Source: a virus
Taxonomy: Duplodnaviria; Caudoviricetes
DNA length: 56,854 nucleotides
Direction: 5' to 3' (one strand)
Virus record (IMG/VR): IMGVR_UViG_3300032290_001158
Coordinates: 1 to 56,854 of that record
Both the position numbers and the translations under genes were made by a program. The notes beneath the pieces are model-generated. The model saw nothing but the letters and a program-made list of their open reading frames with translations. It was not told the origin of the DNA and did no database searches. This document shows positions 1-8,290 of the stretch, in pieces (position 1 is the first letter of the stretch; the number at the start of each line of letters is the position of its first letter).

Positions 1-49
1 CTAGCACTACCTACAACCTAAGAAATAAGAACAAAAGGAGAACACTGGA

Positions 50-1096
50 ATGGCTACACAGGACTACGCGGCTTCCGTCCAAGGCGTGGCGATTCGAGTC
101 ACTAGACTTGATGCGTCAGGTGCACTACTCACCAACCCTGGTGACAGTTACACCACCTCGGCGTTCCTCCGCGCTTCATTCACACCTGAATACGAAGAAG
201 GCGATGAAATTGTCGAGAAGTCAGCGGATGGAACAGTTTGTGTTTCATACAAAGCACCCGACACCCTAAAGCGCATCACAATGGAAATTGCAATTTGCGA
301 ACCAGACCCAGAACTAACAGCACTTCTTTCTGGCGGTCTTCTACTTCGCAAGAATCTAGGAACACTTGGAACACCTGACAACAAGTCAATCGGTTGGGCC
401 GCACCTGCCGTTGGCGATGACCCTGCAGGTAACGGTGTTGCTATTGAAGTTTGGTCATTCGCAGTAAAGGATGGAAAGCGTGCTTCAACCCTTCCATACT
501 TCTACTGGGTATTCCCATACGTTAAGTTGCGTCAATCAGGTGACCGTGTAATTGAAAACGGTTTGCTTGCTAATACATTTGAAGGCTATGGCCTTGGAAA
601 CAGCACATTCTCAGCAGGTCCAGATGGACGTTGGGAGTTCCCAGTTGCTACAGAGCGTCCATACGCTTATGCACGCACATCATGGGCACCAACAGGTCTT
701 AAGGGAATCTACCGCTGGTTCAATAACTCATCAGCAGTTGTTAGCAACAAGTCATTGACATCTAACGTTGCAACTCTTACAACATCTGCTGCTCACGGCT
801 TCTCTACGGGTCAGACACTTGTTGTTGCTGGTGTAGATGCTACATTCAACGGAACATATACAATTCTTGGAACACCAAGTGCAACAAGTATTACTTATGC
901 TAAGACTGCAACAGATGTTGCTTCAACCGTTGTAAGCCCTACAGGAACAGCAGTTCGCCAACGCGGATATACAGCAGTTACAGACTTCACATCACAAGGT
1001 TCAACTACCGTGTACAACGTACCTGGTAACGAGAACTACAACCCTGACACTGCGATTGACTTCATTATCGCTTCATCTCAGGACCCAGTAGCGTAA
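50..1096 (+). CDS. Major tail (tube) protein with C-terminal FCCH-like beta decoration domain
   Basis: N-terminal 'GVAIRVTRLD..G', 'PEYEEGDEI' and 'YFYWVFP' pattern of actinophage tail tube proteins; C-terminal 'ATLTTSAAHGFSTGQ...FNGTYTI' module; AAGGAG RBS; followed by a terminator hairpin. Confidence 0.75.
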   Translation: MATQDYAASVQGVAIRVTRLDASGALLTNPGDSYTTSAFLRASFTPEYEEGDEIVEKSADGTVCVSYKAPDTLKRITMEIAICEPDPELTALLSGGLLLRKNLGTLGTPDNKSIGWAAPAVGDDPAGNGVAIEVWSFAVKDGKRASTLPYFYWVFPYVKLRQSGDRVIENGLLANTFEGYGLGNSTFSAGPDGRWEFPVATERPYAYARTSWAPTGLKGIYRWFNNSSAVVSNKSLTSNVATLTTSAAHGFSTGQTLVVAGVDATFNGTYTILGTPSATSITYAKTATDVASTVVSPTGTAVRQRGYTAVTDFTSQGSTTVYNVPGNENYNPDTAIDFIIASSQDPVA

Positions 1097-1108
1097 ATTA
1101 ACTAGGAG

Positions 1109-1159
1109 GCGGACGGCGTGCCACTCGTGTTATTAATACATGAGGCCGTCGTCCGTTTT
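1109..1159 (+). terminator. Long hairpin / intrinsic terminator after the major tail gene
   Basis: GCGGACGGCG pairs with CGTCGTCCGT, inner stem CTCGTGT/ACATGAG, followed by TTTT. Confidence 0.65.
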
Positions 1160-1179
1160 CATTATCTGAGGCGGTTGTT

Positions 1180-2310
1180 GTGAGCAATCTTTGGGCAAAC
1201 GTAGAAGATTTAGGCACATATGCTGAATCTGATTACGCCTACGATGCTGTCAAAACCGCTTCATATTTATTGTGGGCTATGTCTGGTCGCAAATATAGCG
1301 GAACAACTACTGTAACTGAAAAGTATGTTGCTGCATATGACCCGCACCTAAGACTGGGTGCTTCTGCAAGAAACTATCTTCCAACACTTATCGAAGGTAG
1401 TGTTCAAAATATCTCTGCCAATGGTTTTGATGATTTTGATTTTATGGGAGATGGAACATCTTCTCGTTCAAAACTTCGCCTTCGTGGTAGAAAAGTTACA
1501 AAAATCCATAATTTGCGTGACCAGTTTGGAAATGTCATAAGTCCAACTAAATACTACTTGGCTGAACATTCAACAATTATTGCTACTCCTGGAGCATCTT
1601 GGTCTCCATCTAATATTGAAGTTACATATAGTTATGGCACAGAGCCGCCTACAGCAGGTAAAAATGCAGCACGTCTTCTCGCTATTGAACTAGTTAAGTT
1701 ATATGAAGGTGACGATACTTGCGCCTTACCTCAGCGTGTAACTTCTATCTCACGTCAAGGAGTTTCTTACACTCTTCTTGACAATCAAGATTTTATTGAT
1801 GAACTACGCACTGGTTTATATGCTGTTGATTTATTTCTAAAAACAACAAACCCTGATAAGGCTCGTGCTCGCTCACGAGTATTCTCACCAGATGTGCCTC
1901 AAGCACGCAGAATAGTTCCTAAACCATACCTATTTACAGAAACAGCATATGACCTTAAGGTTCTTCCTACTGGTGGAAGTGTTGTTCTTTATCTTGATGA
2001 AGTCAGCGGTGATTTCTTAGTCAACGACAATGCTTGGACTGTTTCAATGACAGTTTCTGATTACACCTCTTCAAAGACACAAACATTGTCAGGTGCTGCA
2101 GTATTAAATAGAGCAACAGAAAAAATTACATTGACAGTAGCCTATTCAAATATTTTGTCTATTCTTGGAGCAAGAGAGCCAGGAAGTTATGACATATATT
2201 GCACTCGACCAAGTCTTGGAAATCCTGCAGTTGATGAAGTAATTAATTTATTAACTGCAAACATCTCTATCCAACTCGCTACGAGAGTGGACCCTATCTA
2301 TACACTGTAG
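1180..2310 (+). CDS. Head-to-tail adaptor with C-terminal extension
   Basis: 'ASYLLWAMSGRKY', 'CALPQRVTSISRQGVS', 'TGLYAVDLFL...NP' and 'RVFSPD' motifs typical of actinophage adaptors; position in the tail module. Confidence 0.7.
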   Translation: MSNLWANVEDLGTYAESDYAYDAVKTASYLLWAMSGRKYSGTTTVTEKYVAAYDPHLRLGASARNYLPTLIEGSVQNISANGFDDFDFMGDGTSSRSKLRLRGRKVTKIHNLRDQFGNVISPTKYYLAEHSTIIATPGASWSPSNIEVTYSYGTEPPTAGKNAARLLAIELVKLYEGDDTCALPQRVTSISRQGVSYTLLDNQDFIDELRTGLYAVDLFLKTTNPDKARARSRVFSPDVPQARRIVPKPYLFTETAYDLKVLPTGGSVVLYLDEVSGDFLVNDNAWTVSMTVSDYTSSKTQTLSGAAVLNRATEKITLTVAYSNILSILGAREPGSYDIYCTRPSLGNPAVDEVINLLTANISIQLATRVDPIYTL

Positions 2311-2338
2311 AGTGTGTTCATAGGAAGAGGAGAGACGA

Positions 2339-2854
2339 ATGAGCGGATATGCTTCTATCAATAAGGCATCTGTAAGTAGCGATGCCAAAAACCTTGCATC
2401 TTTTTTAGAGGCAGTACTTAATCAAGTTGTTTCTTCTTATGCTTCATACAATATGCCACTCCCTATGCGTCGTTATTACACGCTAGGTGAGCCAGCACTA
2501 GATTGTGAACAGGCTGTAGTTTCTTTTGTTCAAATGTATGTTGGTGCTCCAGGCGATGAGGCTACTCAGCCACGTCGTTGTAATGACCCGCGGAGTGCAA
2601 CAATAAATGTAATTGTTACTCGTTCTATTCCTGTTGTTGGTCAAAATGGAAGACCACCATCAGCAGAAACAATTCAAGCAGCAGCAGAAATTACTGCATA
2701 CGATGCATATATTCTTTTAGATAGCGCTGCTCAAATGGATGTCTGGGAGCCAGCGGGCGGATACGGTATGGGCGTTATTGCTACTGTTGAAGTAAGAACT
2801 GCTGAAGGCGGTCTTCAATCAACAGTCCTTACAGTTACGGCGGCCATTCCATAA
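2339..2854 (+). CDS. Putative tail terminator / neck protein
   Basis: Synteny between the adaptor and the gp10-like gene; 171 aa; GAGGAG RBS. Confidence 0.5.
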   Translation: MSGYASINKASVSSDAKNLASFLEAVLNQVVSSYASYNMPLPMRRYYTLGEPALDCEQAVVSFVQMYVGAPGDEATQPRRCNDPRSATINVIVTRSIPVVGQNGRPPSAETIQAAAEITAYDAYILLDSAAQMDVWEPAGGYGMGVIATVEVRTAEGGLQSTVLTVTAAIP

Positions 2855-3234
2855 TGGTTGTAGTAATAAGAAAAGCAGAACTAAATTTCTTACTAGATAG
2901 TCCTTCTGGCGATGTTGGAAGGTATTTAGCAAAGAAAGGACGCATGGTCCAAGTAGCCGCTATGGCTCAGGTCGGCGTTCGTACTGGAGCACTTCGTGCT
3001 TCAATTCATATGCGTCACTTGCGTGACTCTAGAGGTCAATTTGTAAGAATTGGTTCTCCTCTTAATTACGCATTAGCGCACCATGAAGGAACTAAGCCGC
3101 ACTTGATTACCCCTAATAGGGCTCAAGTGTTGAGGTTTGTTAGAGGTTCTACGGTTGTATATGCACACTCTGTTATGCATCCAGGAACTAAACCAAACAG
3201 ATTTCTTACGGATAACCTTAGTTTAGTTAGGTAA
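2854..3234 (+). CDS. HK97 gp10-like tail completion/neck protein
   Basis: 'VRTGALRASI', 'YALAHHEGT.PH.I' and 'HPGTKPNRFL' motifs. Confidence 0.75.
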   Translation: MVVVIRKAELNFLLDSPSGDVGRYLAKKGRMVQVAAMAQVGVRTGALRASIHMRHLRDSRGQFVRIGSPLNYALAHHEGTKPHLITPNRAQVLRFVRGSTVVYAHSVMHPGTKPNRFLTDNLSLVR

Positions 3235-3260
3235 AATAGATTTACTACAAAAGTAGTAAA
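3232..3260 (+). promoter_or_regulatory. Putative -10 (TAAAAT) followed by a perfect 8-bp hairpin upstream of the chaperone genes
   Basis: TAAAAT at 3232-3237; TTTACTAC-AAAA-GTAGTAAA at 3241-3260; GACAC immediately after. Confidence 0.4.
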
Positions 3261-3283
3261 AGACACAGGATAGGAAAACATAG

Positions 3284-3634
3284 ATGACAAATAGATTCAA
3301 AGATTTCGGTGATGGCGGGCTTGTCACCGCTGAACCAATTTCATTTAAGTTGCATGGGCAGGATTTTAACTGCAAGCCAGCAATTCAAGGAAAAGTTCTT
3401 CTAGACATGGTAACGACTGCATCATCTGATGACCAAGGTGCAGCAACTGCTGTAATTATGGACTTCTTCAATGCAACACTTACACCTGAAAGCAAGATTG
3501 ATTTTGATGCTCTTCTTAAAACAGAAGACAAAATTGTTACTGTCGAGGTTCTCGGGGAGATTACTGCTTGGCTTGTTGAGCAGTATTCAGGCCGTCCTCA
3601 ACAGGGGCCAGAGCAATCTGCGAGTGGGCAATAG
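3284..3634 (+). CDS. Tail assembly chaperone (gpG-like)
   Basis: Two genes upstream of the tape measure gene; 116 aa ending in 'WLVEQYSGRP'. Confidence 0.75.
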   Translation: MTNRFKDFGDGGLVTAEPISFKLHGQDFNCKPAIQGKVLLDMVTTASSDDQGAATAVIMDFFNATLTPESKIDFDALLKTEDKIVTVEVLGEITAWLVEQYSGRPQQGPEQSASGQ

Positions 3635-4008
3635 ACCTCTGGCCATATGTTAATGGAAAAGCACTGATGAGCGGCCTACAACTTTCTTCTATGGAAGCAA
3701 GTGATATGTTAGATGTTATTCATGTAATTATTGAAGACGACCTAACATCTTCTCAAACTGGTGAAAATTCCGAAGTAAAAGATAAAGTAAGGAAAGTTTT
3801 CTACAAAGAGTTTTATGAAAAAGAATATAAATTTTCATCTGGTACGCCTAACTTCGATTTAGACGAACCTCTTGATAGTTTTATAGACGATGACGTAAAG
3901 CCTTTTGACCCTAAGCAAGAAAAAACAAAGCCCTATGTACCACCAACTGACTTTAATGCTGATGCAGCAAAGCCTTTTGGCAAGGTCTTAGACGCACCAT
4001 TGGAATAG
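3580..4008 (+). CDS. Tail assembly chaperone second frame (gpT-like), probably reached by -1 frameshift; first ATG at 3667
   Basis: The -1 frame is open from 3580 and encodes 'AICEWAIDLWPYVNGKAL' before the first Met; lies directly upstream of the tape measure gene. Confidence 0.65.
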   Translation, partial: AVFRPSSTGARAICEWAIDLWPYVNGKALMSGLQLSSMEASDMLDVIHVIIEDDLTSSQTGENSEVKDKVRKVFYKEFYEKEYKFSSGTPNFDLDEPLDSFIDDDVKPFDPKQEKTKPYVPPTDFNADAAKPFGKVLDAPLE

Positions 4009-4028
4009 ACGTTAGGAGGTGATGGCGT

Positions 4029-7000
4029 ATGGCAGCAAATATCGTAGGTGACGCGTATGTAGTTGTTCGCGCCATCACGGCCGGCGTTGAAAAAGATATT
4101 AAGAATGCTTTTAAGAATTCTGACAAAATCGGACGTAGTTCTGGTGAAAGAGTTGGAGATGATTTCCAACGAGGTTTTAAGAAACGACTTGGTGGTCTCA
4201 ATTTTGATGGTGCTTTTGCCAAAAAAGCAAAGGCTGCAAGCGATAGGCTCTCTAGTCTTGTTCGTACTGGCTATCTTGTTGGGCCAGCACTTAGTGCTGT
4301 TGCAGGTACTGTCGGAGTCCTCATTACCTCGCTCACCAGTCTTGCCTCAGTTGTAAGCGCTGCAACTCTACCTGCCTTAGCAACTTTAGCGGGAGCATTG
4401 ACTGCAGTTGGTCTTGCAGCAATTACAGCAAAACTTGCTTTTTCAGGAGTTGCTAAAGCAGTACAGGCTGGAAATAAAGCAGCAAAAGATAGTGTAAAAA
4501 ATGATAAAGGAAAACTTGATGCGCTAAAGCGTCTTAATAGAGCGCAAGAACAGTTAGCAGATACTATAAAAAATGCTAATAAGTCTGAAGCAGCAGCACT
4601 TCGTGCAATTACTGATGCACAAGAATCTTATAACGAGACTCTAAAAGAGGCTAGAGAACAACTTCAGCAACTTGCATTTGACTCAGAAGATGCAGCAATT
4701 AATGAACAAAAGGCTGCTCTTGATTTAGAGAAGGCACGCGAAACTCTTGCTCGTGTTTCAGACCTTCCACCAAACTCTCGTGCTCGTAAAGAAGCAGAAC
4801 TTGCCTTTGCTGAAGCAGACCTCAACTATCGTCGTGCAATTGATGCAAATAATGACCTTAAAACAAAAGAAGCAGAGAACGCAAAACTAGGTCCAGACCT
4901 TGAGACACAGGCAAAGAATCAGAAGGATGTATTACGCGCTCAACGCGATACAGATGACGCTCTTGACTCATATAACGAGACTCTTACAGAAAATGCAAAG
5001 GCAGTTAAGAGGGCTACCGAGGATAGAGATGAAGCCCAAAAAGAATACGATGATTTTGATAAAAACACTGCTGCTGCTAATGCATATGCTGATGCTCTCT
5101 CCGACTTATCAGCAGAGGCTCAACATTTTGTTAAATACATAGTTTCCCTCAAAGATGAGTTTAAGGCTCTTAAGGCTGCAGCGGGAGAAAAACTATTCCC
5201 TCAACTTGAGACTGCTATTCAAAATCTTGTTGATAATCTTTTCCCTAGACTAAAACCACTTCTAACCGAGACTGGTGATGTTTTAGGAAAAATTGCTGTT
5301 GGTTTCTCAAAGACAGTGACCTCTGCAGAAAACATGAGACGTCTTGAAAGCATATGGAAGACTTCTAATGTATTCCTAGAAAAAATGGGAACCGTTACAA
5401 ATAATTTATATGAAGTCTTTTTAATTCTTTTAGATGCTGCAAAACCTTTAATTGATGCCTTTGGTGATTGGCTAGTTAAGGTAACTGGGGCTTGGAAAGA
5501 GACTCTTATACTTGATGAAAAGTCTGGAAAACTTGCTAAAACATTTGAAACTGCTAAAGGAATTCTTAAAGACTTAGGTACTATTTTTGGCAATGTTTTT
5601 GGTGGCTTTGGAAAGATTATTTCTGCCAACGTTGGGCCAGGCAGTGGTGGTCAGATATTCCTAGACTACTTAAAGGATGCTACAGGTAGATTTAAGAATA
5701 TTCAAGAAATTGATGGAAAGCCTCTTAAAGAGTTCTTTGCTGGAGCAGCAGAGAACGGAACAAAACTCCTTTCACTTCTTGGCAATATTGGTGGAGAGTT
5801 TATTAAACTTGCTGATGATGAGGGACTTGGTATTTTCTATGACAAACTAAGTCAAGTTGTAGATATTTTTGGTGAAATTGGTGGTAACTTAAATGGAGCG
5901 TTACCAGCCCTTGGTGATTTTTTAATTGCTTTTGCAGATATTACAAAGACTCTTACAGAATCAGGCTCTATAGTAACGTTTTTTGATGTACTTACTACAG
6001 TAATTAATAAAGTAAATACTTTCCTAAAATCAGACTTAGGTCAAACTATTCTTGATATTGCAGCCAAAGTTCTTCCACTTCTTCTTGCATTTAAGACTAT
6101 TTTTGCTGTTGTAGAGTTTGGGTTCCTAGCAATAGCAGGTCCAATCTTTAAGATAGCAGGGCTATTCTCTAAGGCTGGAACAGCAATTGGTGCTGTACAA
6201 GGTGCATTTACTGGTCTTGCTACAGCGTTAGGCATAGGTGTTGGTCCTCTTGTTGCAATTGTTGCTGCAGTTGCTGCATTTATTGCTATTTTTGTTATTG
6301 CATACACAAAGAGTGAAAACTTAAGAGAAGCAGTAGGACTTCTTATAGATGCGGTTAAGGGCGCACTTATGGGAGCATTTAACGATATTAAGGGTGCAAT
6401 TAAAGATGTTATGCCAGTATTTGAAGGAGTTGGTGGAGTATTTAAGTCTATTGGGGACTTCTTAGCAGTCACTCTTGTCCCAATCCTTGGAGTTGTATTT
6501 GTAAGGACTATTGGTGTTGTTTCTGGAGTAATTCAAAAACTTATCTACACTATCGGTGGAATCATTTCAGCATTCCAAGCAGTATGGAACTTTGTAAAGG
6601 GAATCTTCCAACTTCTCACTGGTAACACCGAAGGTGCTGCTCAGTCAATGAAGAAGTCTTTCGAGTCTGCTTTCAATGCTATTAAATATGCAATCAAGGC
6701 AATTGTTTCTCCATTTGTGGGGGTACTCAATGCAATCTCTGATGCATGGAATAATTCAGTAGGAAAATTTGACTTTAAGGTCCCAAGTTGGGTTCCTGTC
6801 ATTGGTGGAAAGACTTTTAGTGTTCCTAATCTTCCACGCATTAATCTAGCAAACTTTGCAGACGGCGGAATTGTTGCTCCACGCGACGGCGGACTTATCG
6901 CCCGTGTTGCTGAAGCAGGTAAGCCAGAGCGTATTGAACCTCTAGACCCAGACGGTCTTTCAAAGCGCGATAAGGCAATGATTGACTATATGGGGGGCTC

Positions 7001-7112
7001 TGGTAAGGGCGTTACTGTAAATGTTTATCCTTCTGCTGGAATGGATGAAAGAGAACTTGCAGCGATTGTCTCCCGACAACTTGCCTACTCACTTCGTAAG
7101 GGAGCCGCATAA
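4029..7112 (+). CDS. Tape measure protein
   Basis: 1027 aa, Ala/Gly-rich helical protein with a coiled coil, hydrophobic stretches, periodic aromatic residues and C-terminal 'FADGGIV...VAEAGKPE'. Confidence 0.92.
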   Translation: MAANIVGDAYVVVRAITAGVEKDIKNAFKNSDKIGRSSGERVGDDFQRGFKKRLGGLNFDGAFAKKAKAASDRLSSLVRTGYLVGPALSAVAGTVGVLITSLTSLASVVSAATLPALATLAGALTAVGLAAITAKLAFSGVAKAVQAGNKAAKDSVKNDKGKLDALKRLNRAQEQLADTIKNANKSEAAALRAITDAQESYNETLKEAREQLQQLAFDSEDAAINEQKAALDLEKARETLARVSDLPPNSRARKEAELAFAEADLNYRRAIDANNDLKTKEAENAKLGPDLETQAKNQKDVLRAQRDTDDALDSYNETLTENAKAVKRATEDRDEAQKEYDDFDKNTAAANAYADALSDLSAEAQHFVKYIVSLKDEFKALKAAAGEKLFPQLETAIQNLVDNLFPRLKPLLTETGDVLGKIAVGFSKTVTSAENMRRLESIWKTSNVFLEKMGTVTNNLYEVFLILLDAAKPLIDAFGDWLVKVTGAWKETLILDEKSGKLAKTFETAKGILKDLGTIFGNVFGGFGKIISANVGPGSGGQIFLDYLKDATGRFKNIQEIDGKPLKEFFAGAAENGTKLLSLLGNIGGEFIKLADDEGLGIFYDKLSQVVDIFGEIGGNLNGALPALGDFLIAFADITKTLTESGSIVTFFDVLTTVINKVNTFLKSDLGQTILDIAAKVLPLLLAFKTIFAVVEFGFLAIAGPIFKIAGLFSKAGTAIGAVQGAFTGLATALGIGVGPLVAIVAAVAAFIAIFVIAYTKSENLREAVGLLIDAVKGALMGAFNDIKGAIKDVMPVFEGVGGVFKSIGDFLAVTLVPILGVVFVRTIGVVSGVIQKLIYTIGGIISAFQAVWNFVKGIFQLLTGNTEGAAQSMKKSFESAFNAIKYAIKAIVSPFVGVLNAISDAWNNSVGKFDFKVPSWVPVIGGKTFSVPNLPRINLANFADGGIVAPRDGGLIARVAEAGKPERIEPLDPDGLSKRDKAMIDYMGGSGKGVTVNVYPSAGMDERELAAIVSRQLAYSLRKGAA

Positions 7113-8266
7113 TGGCTACACAAGGGCAAGAGAACTACTATGTAAATACGGGTCTTACTCCGCTACCAATTCCTCATATAACTGGAATGAAGTTACAAGA
7201 GGATATTTCTCTTAATGACTTTGTATTTAATCGTGTTGATGAGTTTGGCGTTGTTTGGGTAATTACTAATATTGAAGGATGGTGGAATCCTCCTTCTCCT
7301 GATATTCCAGATTTCCAGCGTGGTTGGGGAGATGGTGCGTATGACGTAAAAGGTCGCTATAACGCAAGAGAACTTACTCTTGAAGGAGTCTTTCTTACAT
7401 CAGACCCTTCTTTAGTTTCTGCTGCAAGAAATCGTCTTGTATCTGCTGTCAATTTAGTTCGCTCTGGCGGATGGCTAAAGACTGCAGAAAATCCAACTAA
7501 GGCATCATTTGTTCGACTTAGCGGAGATGTAAAGATAGATACTGTAAATGCTAGAGGACGCACAGAGTTTAGTATCGGGCTTCGTGCCGCTGACCCAGTA
7601 AAGTATGAGTGGAATGATTTAGACCTAGAAGGATATAAGAGTAGAGAAGTTCTACCAAAAAGTGTTTCTCCAGTAAGAACTGGTCTGACTACTGTAGAAA
7701 ATATTGGAAACTATCCTGTAGCAACATATCTAACTATTGAAGGTCCAATTGTTGGTCCTGCATTTATTGATAATACAACTAATAATGAAACAATAACAAT
7801 TAGTGGTTCTCTTCGCGCTGCAACTACAAAAGTTATTGCTGGTAAGGGTCTTGTAGACAATTTAGCAACAGTTGGAACTACTGTAGCGCATGGGTTAGTG
7901 CCTGGGGATTATGTGACAATTGCTGGAATTGGTGCTCCTTATGATGGAGAACAGTTAGTTATCGGTATTGTTGGTACTCAGGCAACTTCTACACGATTTA
8001 CCTTTGAGGCTACGGGAACTAACTATGCATACTCTGCAGTCACTGGTTCTTTATCCTATGGCCCTGATACATTAGAAATTGATACCTACAACCGACAGGT
8101 GTTTCTCAACGGTCAATACTCTGGTGCAAGAACTAAACTAGATGTATATAACGAATGGGTAACGCTTGCTCCAGGTATAAACAATATTGTTTTCTCTGAT
8201 GCTGGTGCTGTATCTGCATCTACAGCAAAACTTACCGTTCAATATCGTTCGGGATGGCTTGCTTAA
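7112..8266 (+). CDS. Distal tail protein (Dit) with inserted FCCH-like domain
   Basis: Follows the tape measure gene; 'IEGWW..P', 'A.DPVKY', 'N.GNYP' and 'W.TLAPG.N' motifs; insertion 'TTVAHGLVPGDYVTI'. Confidence 0.8.
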   Translation: MATQGQENYYVNTGLTPLPIPHITGMKLQEDISLNDFVFNRVDEFGVVWVITNIEGWWNPPSPDIPDFQRGWGDGAYDVKGRYNARELTLEGVFLTSDPSLVSAARNRLVSAVNLVRSGGWLKTAENPTKASFVRLSGDVKIDTVNARGRTEFSIGLRAADPVKYEWNDLDLEGYKSREVLPKSVSPVRTGLTTVENIGNYPVATYLTIEGPIVGPAFIDNTTNNETITISGSLRAATTKVIAGKGLVDNLATVGTTVAHGLVPGDYVTIAGIGAPYDGEQLVIGIVGTQATSTRFTFEATGTNYAYSAVTGSLSYGPDTLEIDTYNRQVFLNGQYSGARTKLDVYNEWVTLAPGINNIVFSDAGAVSASTAKLTVQYRSGWLA

Positions 8267-8290
8267 TAAAAACGACAGAAAAGAGACAAA

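Noticed and set aside
1097-1179. tRNA or riboswitch in the structured intergenic region
   Set aside because: It is a single long hairpin with a T run; I saw no cloverleaf or recognisable aptamer.
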